This document shows, piece after piece, positions 40,030-49,560 of a DNA stretch of 64,000 nucleotides. A model generated the notes under the pieces. That model did no database searches. It saw nothing but the letters and a program-made list of their open reading frames with translations, and was not told the DNA's origin. The DNA comes from an uncultured Alphaproteobacteria bacterium (lineage in GTDB: Bacteria; Pseudomonadota; Alphaproteobacteria; Rs-D84). Position 1 is the first letter of the stretch. Each line of letters begins with the position of its first letter. The stretch lies in NCBI GenBank assembly GCA_944389555.1, contig CALXMU010000002.1, positions 116,433 through 180,432 of the forward strand, read 5' to 3'. The position numbers and the translations under genes are program-made.

Positions 40030-40057
40030 TGTCGGGTCAAGTGTCCCGACATTTTTT
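40030..40057 (+). terminator. Second terminator-like hairpin
   Basis: TGTCGGG-tcaagtgt-CCCGACA followed by T6. Confidence 0.5.
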
Positions 40058-40066
40058 GTTTTTAGG

Positions 40067-40088
40067 TCCCGTAATACGGGCTTTTTTT
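40067..40088 (+). terminator. Third terminator-like hairpin, directly abutting the ATG of the lysozyme-like gene
   Basis: CCCGT-aat-ACGGG followed by CT7, immediately before ATGGAG. Confidence 0.45.
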
Positions 40089-40622
40089 ATGGAGATTTTT
40101 ATGAAAGATAAAAACTTTGAGGAAGCAATAGAAAAACTTTTTATAAATGAGGGCGGGTATACACCAGGTGCTAATCAAATTAAAGACTTTCCAACTAATA
40201 TGGGGATTCAGCAGAAGACTTTGGATAGATATAATTTGATGTTTCCATATAAGAATTTTCCGAAAGATGTTAAATTATTACAGAAAAATCAAGCATATGA
40301 AATATATAAGGAAATGTATTGGGACAACACAAAGATTCCGCAGATAAAAAATGCACGTATTAGAAATGCAGTTTTTGATATGAACGTTATGGGGGGCGCG
40401 GGCATAGTCATACAACGGGCATTAAATGGTTTTCTTGGCGCTGGTTTAATAGAGGATGGGGTAATCGGTAATTCAACGTTGAAAGGGATAAATTCTATTT
40501 CAGATGATAGTGTAAATCCTTTTATGGATATATTAAAGCTGGTAAGAATAAATTATCTGAAGGGTACTATAAATTGGTCGACCGCGAAAAACGGTTGGAT
40601 AAATAGAACAAATAAATATTAA
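40089..40622 (+). CDS. GH108-like lysozyme N-domain plus peptidoglycan-binding domain protein (phage-endolysin / secretion-activator type)
   Basis: EKLFINEGGYTPGANQ...MGIQQKTLDRY resembles the GH108 N-terminal motif (EGGY...GIT). The C-terminal region resembles a PG_binding_3 domain. Confidence 0.45.
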   Translation: MEIFMKDKNFEEAIEKLFINEGGYTPGANQIKDFPTNMGIQQKTLDRYNLMFPYKNFPKDVKLLQKNQAYEIYKEMYWDNTKIPQIKNARIRNAVFDMNVMGGAGIVIQRALNGFLGAGLIEDGVIGNSTLKGINSISDDSVNPFMDILKLVRINYLKGTINWSTAKNGWINRTNKY

Positions 40623-40718
40623 CTAAGGATTAGTTTCAAAAAAACATCCATTGAATTTTATATGTAGTATACTATAATAAACATATAATAATGTATTTGT
40701 TGAAAGGGGGGAATATAA

Positions 40719-41336
40719 ATGCCAAGAGTAAAAAGTGAAAAATCTAAAAAAGCGAAATCAAGTCAGGGTACAAATCTAATTACAAATTCTGTTAAGCGCT
40801 TATATAATCAAAGCGCACCACTATTGATATGTGAGGCTTTATTATTTGGCATAGCCGCAATATTTATGATAATTAAACCAGTTGCGGTTCTAACGGCGTT
40901 AACGTTTGTGATAGGTGTTGCGCTGGTATTGTTTGGTTTGTACAGAACTATAGCGGGTTTTATCGTTTCTCGTGATGTTGGGGGTGGTTGGTTTGATGTG
41001 GTGTTTGGTTTGGTAAACGTTGTTTTAGGCGTTTTATTCTGTATTTACCCAGTTGGATCGGTAGTTAGTTTGGTTTACATTTTTGTGTTACTGTTTTTAT
41101 TCAAATCTTTACGTGCGTTGATATTTTCAATAAATATGATACGCGCCAAATTTGGGCATTATTGGTTTGATTTGATAATGTCTATTATATTGATTGCGCT
41201 AGCGGTTTTCTTATTGTTTTATCCGGTTGCTGGTGCGGTCGTTATGATTTATTATTTGGCGATAACATTATTACTATATGCGGCGGCAGATTTATATATG
41301 TATATAGAATTGCTGCGTTTGAAAAAATTAGTATAA
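40719..41336 (+). CDS. Multi-pass membrane protein (HdeD/DUF308-like repeats)
   Basis: Six predicted TM helices with repeated G/L-rich segments. Confidence 0.4.
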   Translation: MPRVKSEKSKKAKSSQGTNLITNSVKRLYNQSAPLLICEALLFGIAAIFMIIKPVAVLTALTFVIGVALVLFGLYRTIAGFIVSRDVGGGWFDVVFGLVNVVLGVLFCIYPVGSVVSLVYIFVLLFLFKSLRALIFSINMIRAKFGHYWFDLIMSIILIALAVFLLFYPVAGAVVMIYYLAITLLLYAAADLYMYIELLRLKKLV

Positions 41337-41411
41337 ATAATATAAATTATTTCTTTTACAACTCTTGGGGCATCCAAGAGTTGCTTTTTTATGTCTCAAA
41401 ATTAAATACTG

Positions 41412-41442
41412 AAAAGCCCCGCCAAAAATGACGGGGCTTTTT
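41412..41442. terminator. Bidirectional terminator that also serves tRNA-Arg
   Basis: AAAGCCCCG-ccaaaaatga-CGGGGCTTT. Confidence 0.5.
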
Positions 41443-41448
41443 AAAAAC

Positions 41449-41525
41449 TGGCGCGCCCTGCAGGATTCGAACCTGCGACCTGCGGATTAGAAATCCGATG
41501 CTCTATCCAGCTGGGCTAAGGGCGC
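41449..41525 (-). tRNA. tRNA-Arg (anticodon TCT), with CCA encoded
   Basis: The reverse complement folds as GCGCCCT-TA-GCCC..GAGC-A-TCGGA-TTTCTAA-TCCGC-AGGTC-GCAGG-TTCGAAT-CCTGC-AGGGCGC-G-CCA. Confidence 0.85.
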
Positions 41526-41675
41526 GTTAGCGCAATTCTATAATATTTATATTCAAATTTCAAGCCAAACACAGATTTTTATTGTTATAAATACATCTTC
41601 TTTTTGTGAAATCGTTCCTGTGTAGTAAAAAATTTACTTGTGTTATACTTACGGCATGTAAAAAGGGAGTTTCGT

Positions 41676-42146
41676 ATGAAAAAATTTTGGTTGTTTATTT
41701 TGGCTATATTTATATCGTTCTTGCCCGGAATCATAGGAATGATATTCTCGCCAAGCGGTATGTCCGATATGTGGTATAACGCATTGGCTAAGTCTGTTCT
41801 AACGCCAGATGGGTGGGTGTTCGCCGTAGTTTGGCCAATTTTATATTTATTACTTGGAATTGCGCTTTACCTTATATTTATAGATAAAACAAAGTATAGT
41901 AAGGCAAAAGCCTATTGGTTGTTTGGCGTAAATATGTTCTTAAATGCTTTGTGGTCATATGTATTTTTTGGCTTAAATTTTATCGGTATTGCTTTAATAG
42001 TTCTTATTGCTTTAATCGGATTTACAATCTGGATGATGCGGTCATTTAAAGCAATAAATCATGCGGCATATTGGTTGATATGGCCTTATTTAATTTGGCT
42101 AATATTTGCTTTATATCTAAATGGAATGGTATCTTTATTAAATTAA
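41676..42146 (+). CDS. tspO: TspO/MBR-family tryptophan-rich sensory protein
   Basis: Five TM helices, W-rich, with WPILYLLLGIALYL and WSYVFFG segments. Start refined to MKKFW after an RBS. Confidence 0.55.
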   Translation: MKKFWLFILAIFISFLPGIIGMIFSPSGMSDMWYNALAKSVLTPDGWVFAVVWPILYLLLGIALYLIFIDKTKYSKAKAYWLFGVNMFLNALWSYVFFGLNFIGIALIVLIALIGFTIWMMRSFKAINHAAYWLIWPYLIWLIFALYLNGMVSLLN

Positions 42147-42176
42147 AAAAAAACCGCCAATTTGGGCGGTTTTTTA
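42145..42176. terminator. Bidirectional terminator
   Basis: A9-CCGCC-aatttg-GGCGG-T6. Confidence 0.55.
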
Positions 42177-42509
42177 AATCTTTAAAATTCTAGCCTTTGG
42201 GTCGCCTATATTTAAGTATTTTAACCCCAACTCTTCAACATAATCAGAACTATATCCCTGTAATAATTCAATGTGTCGACGAATTGCTTTTAATTCGGCT
42301 TGCTCTGCCGCAAGTTGTTCTTGTTCGCCATTTAATCGCCATATGTTCATTATTAAACGTTGAACGTTTACTTCGCCCCAGAACATACGTACAAACATGA
42401 ACGCGGCGAATATCAGCAGCAGTATACCAAATTTCCCGTATATACCGTCTGACCAAGCACGTTTCATAAATCCAAAGAAATTTTTGATTTTTTCCTTCAT
42501 CGGTGGCAT
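42174..42509 (-). CDS. FtsB/DivIC-like septum formation initiator
   Basis: N-terminal TM helix followed by a coiled coil (QLAAEQAELKAIRRHIELLQ). Confidence 0.5.
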   Translation of the reverse strand: MPPMKEKIKNFFGFMKRAWSDGIYGKFGILLLIFAAFMFVRMFWGEVNVQRLIMNIWRLNGEQEQLAAEQAELKAIRRHIELLQGYSSDYVEELGLKYLNIGDPKARILKI

Positions 42510-42519
42510 TATATCACAA

Positions 42520-43446
42520 ATGTTAGTACATAATCAAATTTTTGGTGCACCGTTGGCAGGAATTACTGATAAACCGTTTAGAAGGCTTATTCGTACTTTC
42601 TCTCCGAAAGCACCGTTATATACAGAAATGATATCATGTCATTCATTGGTTGGCGCGCATAAAAACTGCTTACGTAATTTTGATAGATATGATGATGAGG
42701 GTAATATAGGTGCTCAAATATTTGGAGCTGACGCAAAATTGATGGCCGACGCCGCACGTATATTACAAGATTCTGGTGCCTCGTGGATTGATATAAACAT
42801 GGGGTGTCCCGTTCCAAAGGTTGCCACCAGAAGCGGTGCCGGTGCAAATTTAATGCGTGACCATCGCTTGGCAGAAAAAATAATGAAGGCGGTAGTTGGT
42901 GCAGTGCAAATTCCCGTCTCAATTAAAACAAGACTGGGCTGGGATGATTCCCATCGTGATTGGGCCGATTTAATTGGTATTGCCGCAGATTGCGGAGTTA
43001 GTTTTGCTGCTTTGCACGGTCGTACGCGTGCTCAATTATATACAGGAAACGCCCAATTACCTGAAATTACAAAGAATATTAAAATACCTGTTATAGGAAA
43101 CGGTGATATAAAAAATATAAATGATATAAAGAAAGTAATAAATTTGGGTTATAGCGGGGTAATGATAGGACGAGGATTGTTAGGGCGTCCCTGGCTATTA
43201 GGTGAATTAGAGGGAATATGTAAGGCACCGACTAATATAGGTACTGTTGCACTGAAACATTTTGAATATATGTTGGAATATTATGGTGAAAAGAATGCTA
43301 CTCAAATGTTCAGAAAGCACGCAGCGTGGTATTCTGCAGGGATTCCAAATTCTGCGGAGTTTAGAATAACGGTAAATCAAATATCTGGCGCAAAGGAATT
43401 AAAGGAAGAAATTTGTAAATTTTGGGGTTGCGAAGAGGGTATATAG
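42520..43446 (+). CDS. tRNA-dihydrouridine synthase (DusB-like)
   Basis: APLAGITDKPFRRL..., the FMN-binding TIM-barrel motif IDINMGCP and the catalytic Cys region. Start refined to MLVHNQ, divergent from the ftsB-like gene. Confidence 0.75.
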   Translation: MLVHNQIFGAPLAGITDKPFRRLIRTFSPKAPLYTEMISCHSLVGAHKNCLRNFDRYDDEGNIGAQIFGADAKLMADAARILQDSGASWIDINMGCPVPKVATRSGAGANLMRDHRLAEKIMKAVVGAVQIPVSIKTRLGWDDSHRDWADLIGIAADCGVSFAALHGRTRAQLYTGNAQLPEITKNIKIPVIGNGDIKNINDIKKVINLGYSGVMIGRGLLGRPWLLGELEGICKAPTNIGTVALKHFEYMLEYYGEKNATQMFRKHAAWYSAGIPNSAEFRITVNQISGAKELKEEICKFWGCEEGI

Positions 43447-43481
43447 ATTCTATGATTATCTAAAATAAGGGATAAAAAGAT

Positions 43482-44342
43482 ATGACAGAAAATATAAATA
43501 CAGAAGCACAAAACGAAATGACTGTCGGCGAAATTTTACGTAACGCTCGTACAACTGGGCGACGTAAGCGTGAAATTCAAACCATTTCTAAGCAGTTATG
43601 TATACGCGAAGAATTTTTACAGGCATTGGAAGACGGAAAGTATGATGTAATTCCAGAAACAGTTTATATTTTGGGGTTTGCACGGAACTATGCCATGGAG
43701 TTAGGGTTAGACCCAGATGAAATAGTTGTTAAATTAAAACGCGAGATGGGGCTAGTATCTGACGCTAATGAAGATGAAGAAGAAGAAAAAGCTGCTAATG
43801 TGTCTGTTACAGATGATGCCGGTCAAGAAAACAAATTTATTCGTATCATAAAACAATGTGGTAAGTTTATTCATAAAAATTGGTTATGGTTTACGATAGG
43901 TGTTATTGCAGTAGTTGCAATAGTTTTATCAATTTTACTGATAGGCGGTTCTGATACAGATACGGCTGCGCTGGATAATTCTGTTGTAACACAAGTAGAA
44001 ACGGTTGTAGAACCAGAATATACGGTGGAAGTTCGTGAACGGTTCGGGACAGAAAACGCAGAAAGTGCGTCAATAATATTACAGGCTACGCAGGAATCCT
44101 GGGTAAAAATAGAAGACGCGCGTGGGAATACGGTATTTAGCCGTGTATTAGTTCCTGGGGATATTTATTATGTTCCAAGTGGTAATGGGTATAAAGCCGT
44201 ATTTGGTAATGCCGGTGGAATGGACGTGTGGGTAAATGGCGTTTTGGCGCCGAAGCAGGGGGCTGATCATGTGCGAGTCGCTGATATTGCGATGACGCCA
44301 GAGCGGTTGTTACCTCAAGCGGTACCAGTAACAGCGGAATAA
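43482..44342 (+). CDS. rodZ: RodZ-like cytoskeleton protein (XRE-type HTH, TM helix, C-terminal DUF4115-like beta domain)
   Basis: HTH region VGEILRNARTT...LCIREEFLQALEDG, one TM helix and a C-terminal beta-rich domain. Confidence 0.55.
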   Translation: MTENINTEAQNEMTVGEILRNARTTGRRKREIQTISKQLCIREEFLQALEDGKYDVIPETVYILGFARNYAMELGLDPDEIVVKLKREMGLVSDANEDEEEEKAANVSVTDDAGQENKFIRIIKQCGKFIHKNWLWFTIGVIAVVAIVLSILLIGGSDTDTAALDNSVVTQVETVVEPEYTVEVRERFGTENAESASIILQATQESWVKIEDARGNTVFSRVLVPGDIYYVPSGNGYKAVFGNAGGMDVWVNGVLAPKQGADHVRVADIAMTPERLLPQAVPVTAE

Positions 44343-44345
44343 AAA

Positions 44346-44370
44346 CAATCCCGCATAAGCGGGATTTTTT
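44346..44370 (+). terminator. Rho-independent terminator
   Basis: AATCCCGC-ataa-GCGGGATT followed by T6. Confidence 0.6.
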
Positions 44371-44417
44371 ATGTATATAGTATTGCATTTTCGTATAAAT
44401 TATCTATATTTGACATT

Positions 44418-47276
44418 ATGAGTGGCATAATAAAAATTCGCGGAGCACGCGAAAATAATCTTAAAAATATTGATCTGGACATACCAAAAAACAAATTGGT
44501 GGTCTTTACCGGCGTTTCTGGTTCTGGGAAATCGTCATTGGCGTTTAATACCATTTATGCCGAAGGACAGCGTCGTTATGTAGAATCTTTGTCTTCGTAT
44601 GCGCGGCAATTTTTGGACATGCAGAAAAAACCAGATGTCGATTTGATTGAAGGTTTGTCGCCGGCAATTTCAATAGAGCAGAAAACTACATCTAAAAACC
44701 CTCGTTCTACCGTTGGAACGGTTACAGAAATTTATGATTATTTACGTCTTCTGTGGGCGCGCATCGGGATACCGCATTCGCCGGTAACTGGGTTACCTAT
44801 TAAATCTCAGACCATTCCAGAAATGGTTGATTGGACCATGAAAATTCCGGCTTCTACAAAAATATTTATAATGGCGCCTTTGGTTCGTGAACGTAAGGGT
44901 GAATATCGTAAAGAAATTGCTTTTTTGGTAAAACAAGGTTATCAGCGCGCAATAATTGATGGTGAGTTATATGATTTGTCGGCTGTTCCTCCATTAGATA
45001 AAAATAAAAAACATTCAATATTTGTGATTGTAGATAGATTACAAATGCCGGCGGCAGACGCATCCGAAGCAGATTTAGAAGAGTTTAGATCTCGTATGTT
45101 CGCTTCGTTTGAAGGTTCGTTACGTTTAGTTCCAGGTTCTGTTTTAGTCCGGCGTTTAGATACGAACGAAGATATTTTGTATTCTCAGAATTACGCTTGC
45201 CCGGTTAGTGGGTTTACAGTTCCTAAGATTGAACCGCGTTTGTTTTCGTTTAATGCCCCTATGGGTGCTTGTACGGCTTGTGACGGTTTGGGGGTACAGT
45301 TAAATATGTCACCAGATTTGGTTATACCAGACCCGTCAAAATCTATATTAGATGGTGCTATAGCGCCTTGGTCTCGCGGGGGGATGTTAAGCCAATTTGA
45401 CCATTTATTAGATGCGCTACATAAAAAATATAAAATACCTTTATCAAAACCTTGGCATACGCTTACGCAGCAACAGAAAGATTTAATTCTTTACGGCAGC
45501 GGAGACGAACCTATAAAAATAAATTGGAATGGGTTCGTTTATGAAAAACCTTATGAAGGGGTCATTCCTAATATAGAACGTCGCTGGCGCGAATCGGATT
45601 CTGAGGCCGTACGTTCAGAACTTGCAAAATATCAGTCTGAAAAACCGTGTCCTGTGTGTCACGGAAAGCGATTAAATATTCAAGCTTTATGCGTTAAAAT
45701 TTATGGATTGGATATTATGGATGCTTGTGATATGGCAGTTGACCAATCTTTACAGTGGTTCACAGACTTGCCGAATCATTTAACGCAAAAAGAAAATGAT
45801 ATTGCGCGTGTAATTCTTCGTGAAATTACTAGTCGCCTACAATTCCTGAAAAACGTTGGTCTTGGGTATTTAACGATGTCGCGTATGGCAGGAACTTTGT
45901 CTGGGGGCGAGGCTCAACGTATAAGATTAGCATCGCAAATCGGCAGTGGTTTGTCCGGGGTTTTATATGTGTTAGACGAACCGTCAATAGGTTTACATCA
46001 AAGCGATAATGATAAATTATTGGATACTTTGAAAATGCTGCGTGATAAAGACAATACTGTCGTTGTTGTAGAGCACGATGAAGATGCCATGCGTGCGGCA
46101 GATTATCTTGTGGATATAGGACCTGGTGCCGGCATAAACGGTGGGCACGTCGTTGCGGCTGGTACTCCAGAAGAGGTTATTAAAAATAAAGATTCTTTAA
46201 CCGGACAATATTTATCTGGTAAGCGAAAAATAGAAGTTCCGAAAAAGCGTCGTGCTGGAAATGGACAAGTTATTTCTATTCAAGGGGCACGTGAAAATAA
46301 TTTGAAAAATATAAATGTTGATTTCCCATTGGGTAAATTCATCGCTTTGACGGGGGTGTCTGGTTCCGGTAAATCAACGTTATTATTAGATACTTTATAT
46401 CCCGCATTGATGCGTGCGTTATATAATTCAAAAATAGAAATGGGGGCGCACGATATAATTCGGGGTATGGAAAATGTAGATAAGGTTGTTGATATTGACC
46501 AATCTCCTATTGGGCGTACGCCACGTAGTAACCCTGCAACTTATACTGGGGTATTTTCAAATATACGTGATTTCTTTGCAGGTCTGCCAGAAGCGAAGGC
46601 TCGCGGATACGGACCGGGTCGCTTTTCTTTTAACGTAAAAGGTGGTCGTTGCGAGGCTTGCCAAGGAGACGGACAGATTAAAATAGAGATGAATTTCTTG
46701 GCGGACGTTTATGTTGAGTGCGATAAATGTCATGGTGCTCGTTACAATGAAGAAACATTGGCAGTAAAGTATAAAGGTAAATCTATTGCCGATGTTCTAA
46801 ATATGACAGTGGAAGAAGCGTACAGATTTTTTAGCAGCGTTCCGCAAATAGCTCGTAAATTGGAATTGTTAAAACGCGTGGGGTTGGATTATATAAAACT
46901 TGGTCAAAGTTCTTTGGACCTGTCTGGGGGCGAGGCTCAACGTATAAAGTTATCTAAAGAATTGGCGGCTCGTAGTACCGGACAGACCATATACATCTTA
47001 GACGAACCGACGACAGGTTTACATTTTGCTGATATAAAGTTGTTGCTATCCGTCTTGCACGAATTGGTTGACCAAGGTAATACTGTTATAGTAATTGAGC
47101 ATAATTTAGAGGTTATCAAAACTGCTGATTGGATCGTAGATTTGGGTCCTAATGGTGGGGCTGGTGGTGGGCGCGTTGTCGCAACTGGTACACCAGAACA
47201 GGTTGCACAAAATCCAGATTCTTTAACGGGTAAATATTTGCAAAAGTATCTGGACAAGCCTAATAATAAAAAATAA
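44418..47276 (+). CDS. uvrA: Excinuclease ABC subunit A
   Basis: 952 aa. Two ABC modules ([12 protein letters not shown] and [13 protein letters not shown]) plus zinc-finger Cys clusters. Confidence 0.9.
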   Translation: MSGIIKIRGARENNLKNIDLDIPKNKLVVFTGVSGSGKSSLAFNTIYAEGQRRYVESLSSYARQFLDMQKKPDVDLIEGLSPAISIEQKTTSKNPRSTVGTVTEIYDYLRLLWARIGIPHSPVTGLPIKSQTIPEMVDWTMKIPASTKIFIMAPLVRERKGEYRKEIAFLVKQGYQRAIIDGELYDLSAVPPLDKNKKHSIFVIVDRLQMPAADASEADLEEFRSRMFASFEGSLRLVPGSVLVRRLDTNEDILYSQNYACPVSGFTVPKIEPRLFSFNAPMGACTACDGLGVQLNMSPDLVIPDPSKSILDGAIAPWSRGGMLSQFDHLLDALHKKYKIPLSKPWHTLTQQQKDLILYGSGDEPIKINWNGFVYEKPYEGVIPNIERRWRESDSEAVRSELAKYQSEKPCPVCHGKRLNIQALCVKIYGLDIMDACDMAVDQSLQWFTDLPNHLTQKENDIARVILREITSRLQFLKNVGLGYLTMSRMAGTLSGGEAQRIRLASQIGSGLSGVLYVLDEPSIGLHQSDNDKLLDTLKMLRDKDNTVVVVEHDEDAMRAADYLVDIGPGAGINGGHVVAAGTPEEVIKNKDSLTGQYLSGKRKIEVPKKRRAGNGQVISIQGARENNLKNINVDFPLGKFIALTGVSGSGKSTLLLDTLYPALMRALYNSKIEMGAHDIIRGMENVDKVVDIDQSPIGRTPRSNPATYTGVFSNIRDFFAGLPEAKARGYGPGRFSFNVKGGRCEACQGDGQIKIEMNFLADVYVECDKCHGARYNEETLAVKYKGKSIADVLNMTVEEAYRFFSSVPQIARKLELLKRVGLDYIKLGQSSLDLSGGEAQRIKLSKELAARSTGQTIYILDEPTTGLHFADIKLLLSVLHELVDQGNTVIVIEHNLEVIKTADWIVDLGPNGGAGGGRVVATGTPEQVAQNPDSLTGKYLQKYLDKPNNKK

Positions 47277-47307
47277 AGTTTTAATATTAAAGCCTAAGGA
47301 GAAGAAC

Positions 47308-47826
47308 ATGTTTGGACTTGGTAAAAAGAAAGCGGATAAAGTAACGAATACAACTGCGACAGATAATACCGAAGCGCAGATAGATGAAAAAGAACTGAAA
47401 AAAATGGAGGACAAAATCCCCAGTGGTATGAAAGAAACTGCAGAACGTATGATGAGCGGTCAATTTGATATGAACGATATGCTGGCGCAGTTGAAGCAGA
47501 TTAAAAAAATGAGTAATTTTAGCGGACTATTAAAAATGGTCCCTGGTATGTCTGGTGCTGTATCTGCCATGAAAGAAAAAATTAAAGATGGCAGCGTTGA
47601 CGCACAAATAAAAATATTAGAAGCAATGACACCAGAAGAACGTGCAGAACCAGAAAAAATTTTTGCTAATGCAAAAACTCGCATTGCAGAAAAAGCAGGT
47701 TGTACAGTTCGCGACGTAGAACATATTATAAAGCAATATACAAAGATGCGTCAGCAAATGGCTATGTTACAAAGAATGGGAGGGGTAGAAGCAGTAATGG
47801 AAAAAATGAAAAAAGCAGGGAATTAA
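47308..47826 (+). CDS. Stand-alone SRP54/Ffh M-domain homologue (signal-peptide/4.5S-RNA-binding domain only; no NG GTPase domain)
   Basis: GQFDMNDMLAQLKQIKKMSNFSGLLKMVPGMSG aligns with E. coli Ffh (G)FDLNDFLEQLRQMKNMGGMASLMGKLPGMGQ. ...EAMTPEERAEPEKIFANAKTRIAEKAGCTVRDVEHIIKQYTKMRQQM aligns with ...[46 protein letters not shown]. The protein is Met-rich. uvrA lies upstream, so no NG-domain coding sequence precedes it. Confidence 0.65.
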   Translation: MFGLGKKKADKVTNTTATDNTEAQIDEKELKKMEDKIPSGMKETAERMMSGQFDMNDMLAQLKQIKKMSNFSGLLKMVPGMSGAVSAMKEKIKDGSVDAQIKILEAMTPEERAEPEKIFANAKTRIAEKAGCTVRDVEHIIKQYTKMRQQMAMLQRMGGVEAVMEKMKKAGN

Positions 47827-47827
47827 A

Positions 47828-48109
47828 ATGCAAATAGTAACAAGGTTTATAAATGCCTTTAATTGGACACCGACATCAGTAAAAATGCCCAGACCATTAT
47901 ATGAAAAATATGACGATAGGGGGCCGATGCTTTTGGGGTATGAGGTTGAAGTAGAATATTTATATCACGCCCCTTATAAATATCTGTTCCCAACTGATGA
48001 GGAAAAAATTGGTTTTGCATCGCGTAGATATGCGTTAGGTCGTGCCGTTTCTTTTTATAAAAATATGCGCGCTAAAATTTCATCTTATGAAAAAGGGCAA
48101 AAAAGATGA
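47828..48109 (+). CDS. Small hypothetical protein (93 aa), paralogue A
   Basis: Starts 1 nt after the stop of the M-domain gene. Shares FNW...LGYxVxVxYxYHxxYxxxF...FYxxM with the next gene. Confidence 0.5.
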   Translation: MQIVTRFINAFNWTPTSVKMPRPLYEKYDDRGPMLLGYEVEVEYLYHAPYKYLFPTDEEKIGFASRRYALGRAVSFYKNMRAKISSYEKGQKR

Positions 48110-48396
48110 GTCTAAATTTTAAGAAAATTTTTAATTGGGAGATACATTCTGTGTCTGAACCTGTCGGGGTTTATGCACCGGTAACTTCTGATTATAAAAA
48201 ATCAGAATTGATAGGATATAATGTTGTGGTATATTATAAGTATCATGAAGCTCGGTATCATTTCTTTGGTATGGACGACAGGCGCTGTTGGGTTATGTAT
48301 GCGGGGCCAAAAGAAGCCGCGCAAGATTTTTATGAACAAATGAAGAAGAAACAGGCAAAGCAAGCACGGAAATGTTCTTATAATTTATATCGTTAA
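48106..48396 (+). CDS. Small hypothetical protein (96 aa), paralogue B
   Basis: ATGA overlap with paralogue A. Clear sequence similarity to A. Confidence 0.5.
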   Translation: MSLNFKKIFNWEIHSVSEPVGVYAPVTSDYKKSELIGYNVVVYYKYHEARYHFFGMDDRRCWVMYAGPKEAAQDFYEQMKKKQAKQARKCSYNLYR

Positions 48397-48408
48397 ATAG
48401 ATATCTGT

Positions 48409-49068
48409 ATGAAAATATTAAATAAAAAGATTGCTGCGAAAAAGTCTTCTGCTGCGTGGATTCAACGCCAGGCGGCTGATCCATATGTTGCGCGTGCTCA
48501 CAAAGACGGTTATCGTGCGCGGGCGGCTTATAAGTTGATTGAAATAAATGAGCGCTTTAAGTTTCTGAAAAATGGTCAGGTGGTCGTAGATTTGGGGGCG
48601 GCACCCGGTTCTTGGACTCAGTATGTAATGCGAGAATTCTCAAAGTCTAAAGTTTTTGCCATGGACTTGTTAGAGATAAAACCGATTCCAGGTGTAGAAT
48701 TTTATCAAGGAGATTTTACAACCGACGAAGCATTAGATTGGTTGGTTAAAAAATTAAATTTACCAGCAGACGAAGCAAAACACGGAACAGTCGATGTTGT
48801 CTTATCTGATATGGCCCCTAATACAGTTGGACACAAAAAAACAGACCATTTACGCCAAATGGTATTGTTAGAATACGCTTTTGATTTTGCTAAACGGGCT
48901 TTGAAAACTGGGGGGGCTTTTGTGGCAAAGTCTTTTACAGGTGGTACAACAGGTGAATTATTAAAGCAAATTAAAGAAAAATTCGAATCGGTACACCATA
49001 TAAAACCACCGGCATCGCGCAAAGACAGCGTAGAAATGTTCATCGTTGCGTTGGGGTATAAAGGTTAA
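48409..49068 (+). CDS. rlmE: 23S rRNA (U2552-2'-O)-methyltransferase RlmE/FtsJ
   Basis: RSRAAYKLIEI...DLGAAPGSWTQY SAM-binding motif and DMAPN. Confidence 0.8.
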   Translation: MKILNKKIAAKKSSAAWIQRQAADPYVARAHKDGYRARAAYKLIEINERFKFLKNGQVVVDLGAAPGSWTQYVMREFSKSKVFAMDLLEIKPIPGVEFYQGDFTTDEALDWLVKKLNLPADEAKHGTVDVVLSDMAPNTVGHKKTDHLRQMVLLEYAFDFAKRALKTGGAFVAKSFTGGTTGELLKQIKEKFESVHHIKPPASRKDSVEMFIVALGYKG

Positions 49069-49070
49069 AT

Positions 49071-49098
49071 AAATACCGCTTTTTACAGCGGTTTTTTA
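49071..49098. terminator. Bidirectional terminator between rlmE and rnhA
   Basis: ACCGCT-ttttac-AGCGGT followed by T6. Confidence 0.55.
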
Positions 49099-49524
49099 TT
49101 TGAAACTTTCTGCGGCGGTTCGTGCCAATTCATCGCACCGTTCGTTCATTTCTTGACCGGCGTGTCCCTTTACCCATACCCATTTTATTTTTTTCGTCTG
49201 GGCAAGTTCGTCTAATTGTTGCCACAGTTCTTTGTTTTTTACAGGTTTCTTTTCCGCGTTTTTCCAGTTGTTATTTTTCCATTGGCGAACCCATTTTTCC
49301 ATTCCGTTTTTTACGTATTGACTATCCGTATGAATCTCTAATTCATCATGCTTTTTCGCGGCAGATAAGGCTTTTATTACCGCAGTAAGTTCCATACGAT
49401 TGTTCGTTGTATTTGATTCGCCACCGCTGCGCTCCGCGATTTCTTTCCCATTGGTTGCTATAAAAGCCCACCCCCCAGGACCGGGATTACCTAAACAACT
49501 GCCATCTGTCCAAATTTTTAACAT
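49096..49524 (-). CDS. rnhA: Ribonuclease HI
   Basis: IWTDGSCLGNPGPGG...ELTAV...HTDSQY...VKGHAG...NERCDELA. Confidence 0.85.
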   Translation of the reverse strand: MLKIWTDGSCLGNPGPGGWAFIATNGKEIAERSGGESNTTNNRMELTAVIKALSAAKKHDELEIHTDSQYVKNGMEKWVRQWKNNNWKNAEKKPVKNKELWQQLDELAQTKKIKWVWVKGHAGQEMNERCDELARTAAESFK

Positions 49525-49560
49525 TTTTTATAAACCTGTTTTGTGATATAATATCATAAA

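Noticed and set aside
41412-41442. The hairpin at 41412 as an sRNA
   Set aside because: It is adequately explained as the terminator of tRNA-Arg on the minus strand and of the upstream plus-strand membrane protein gene.
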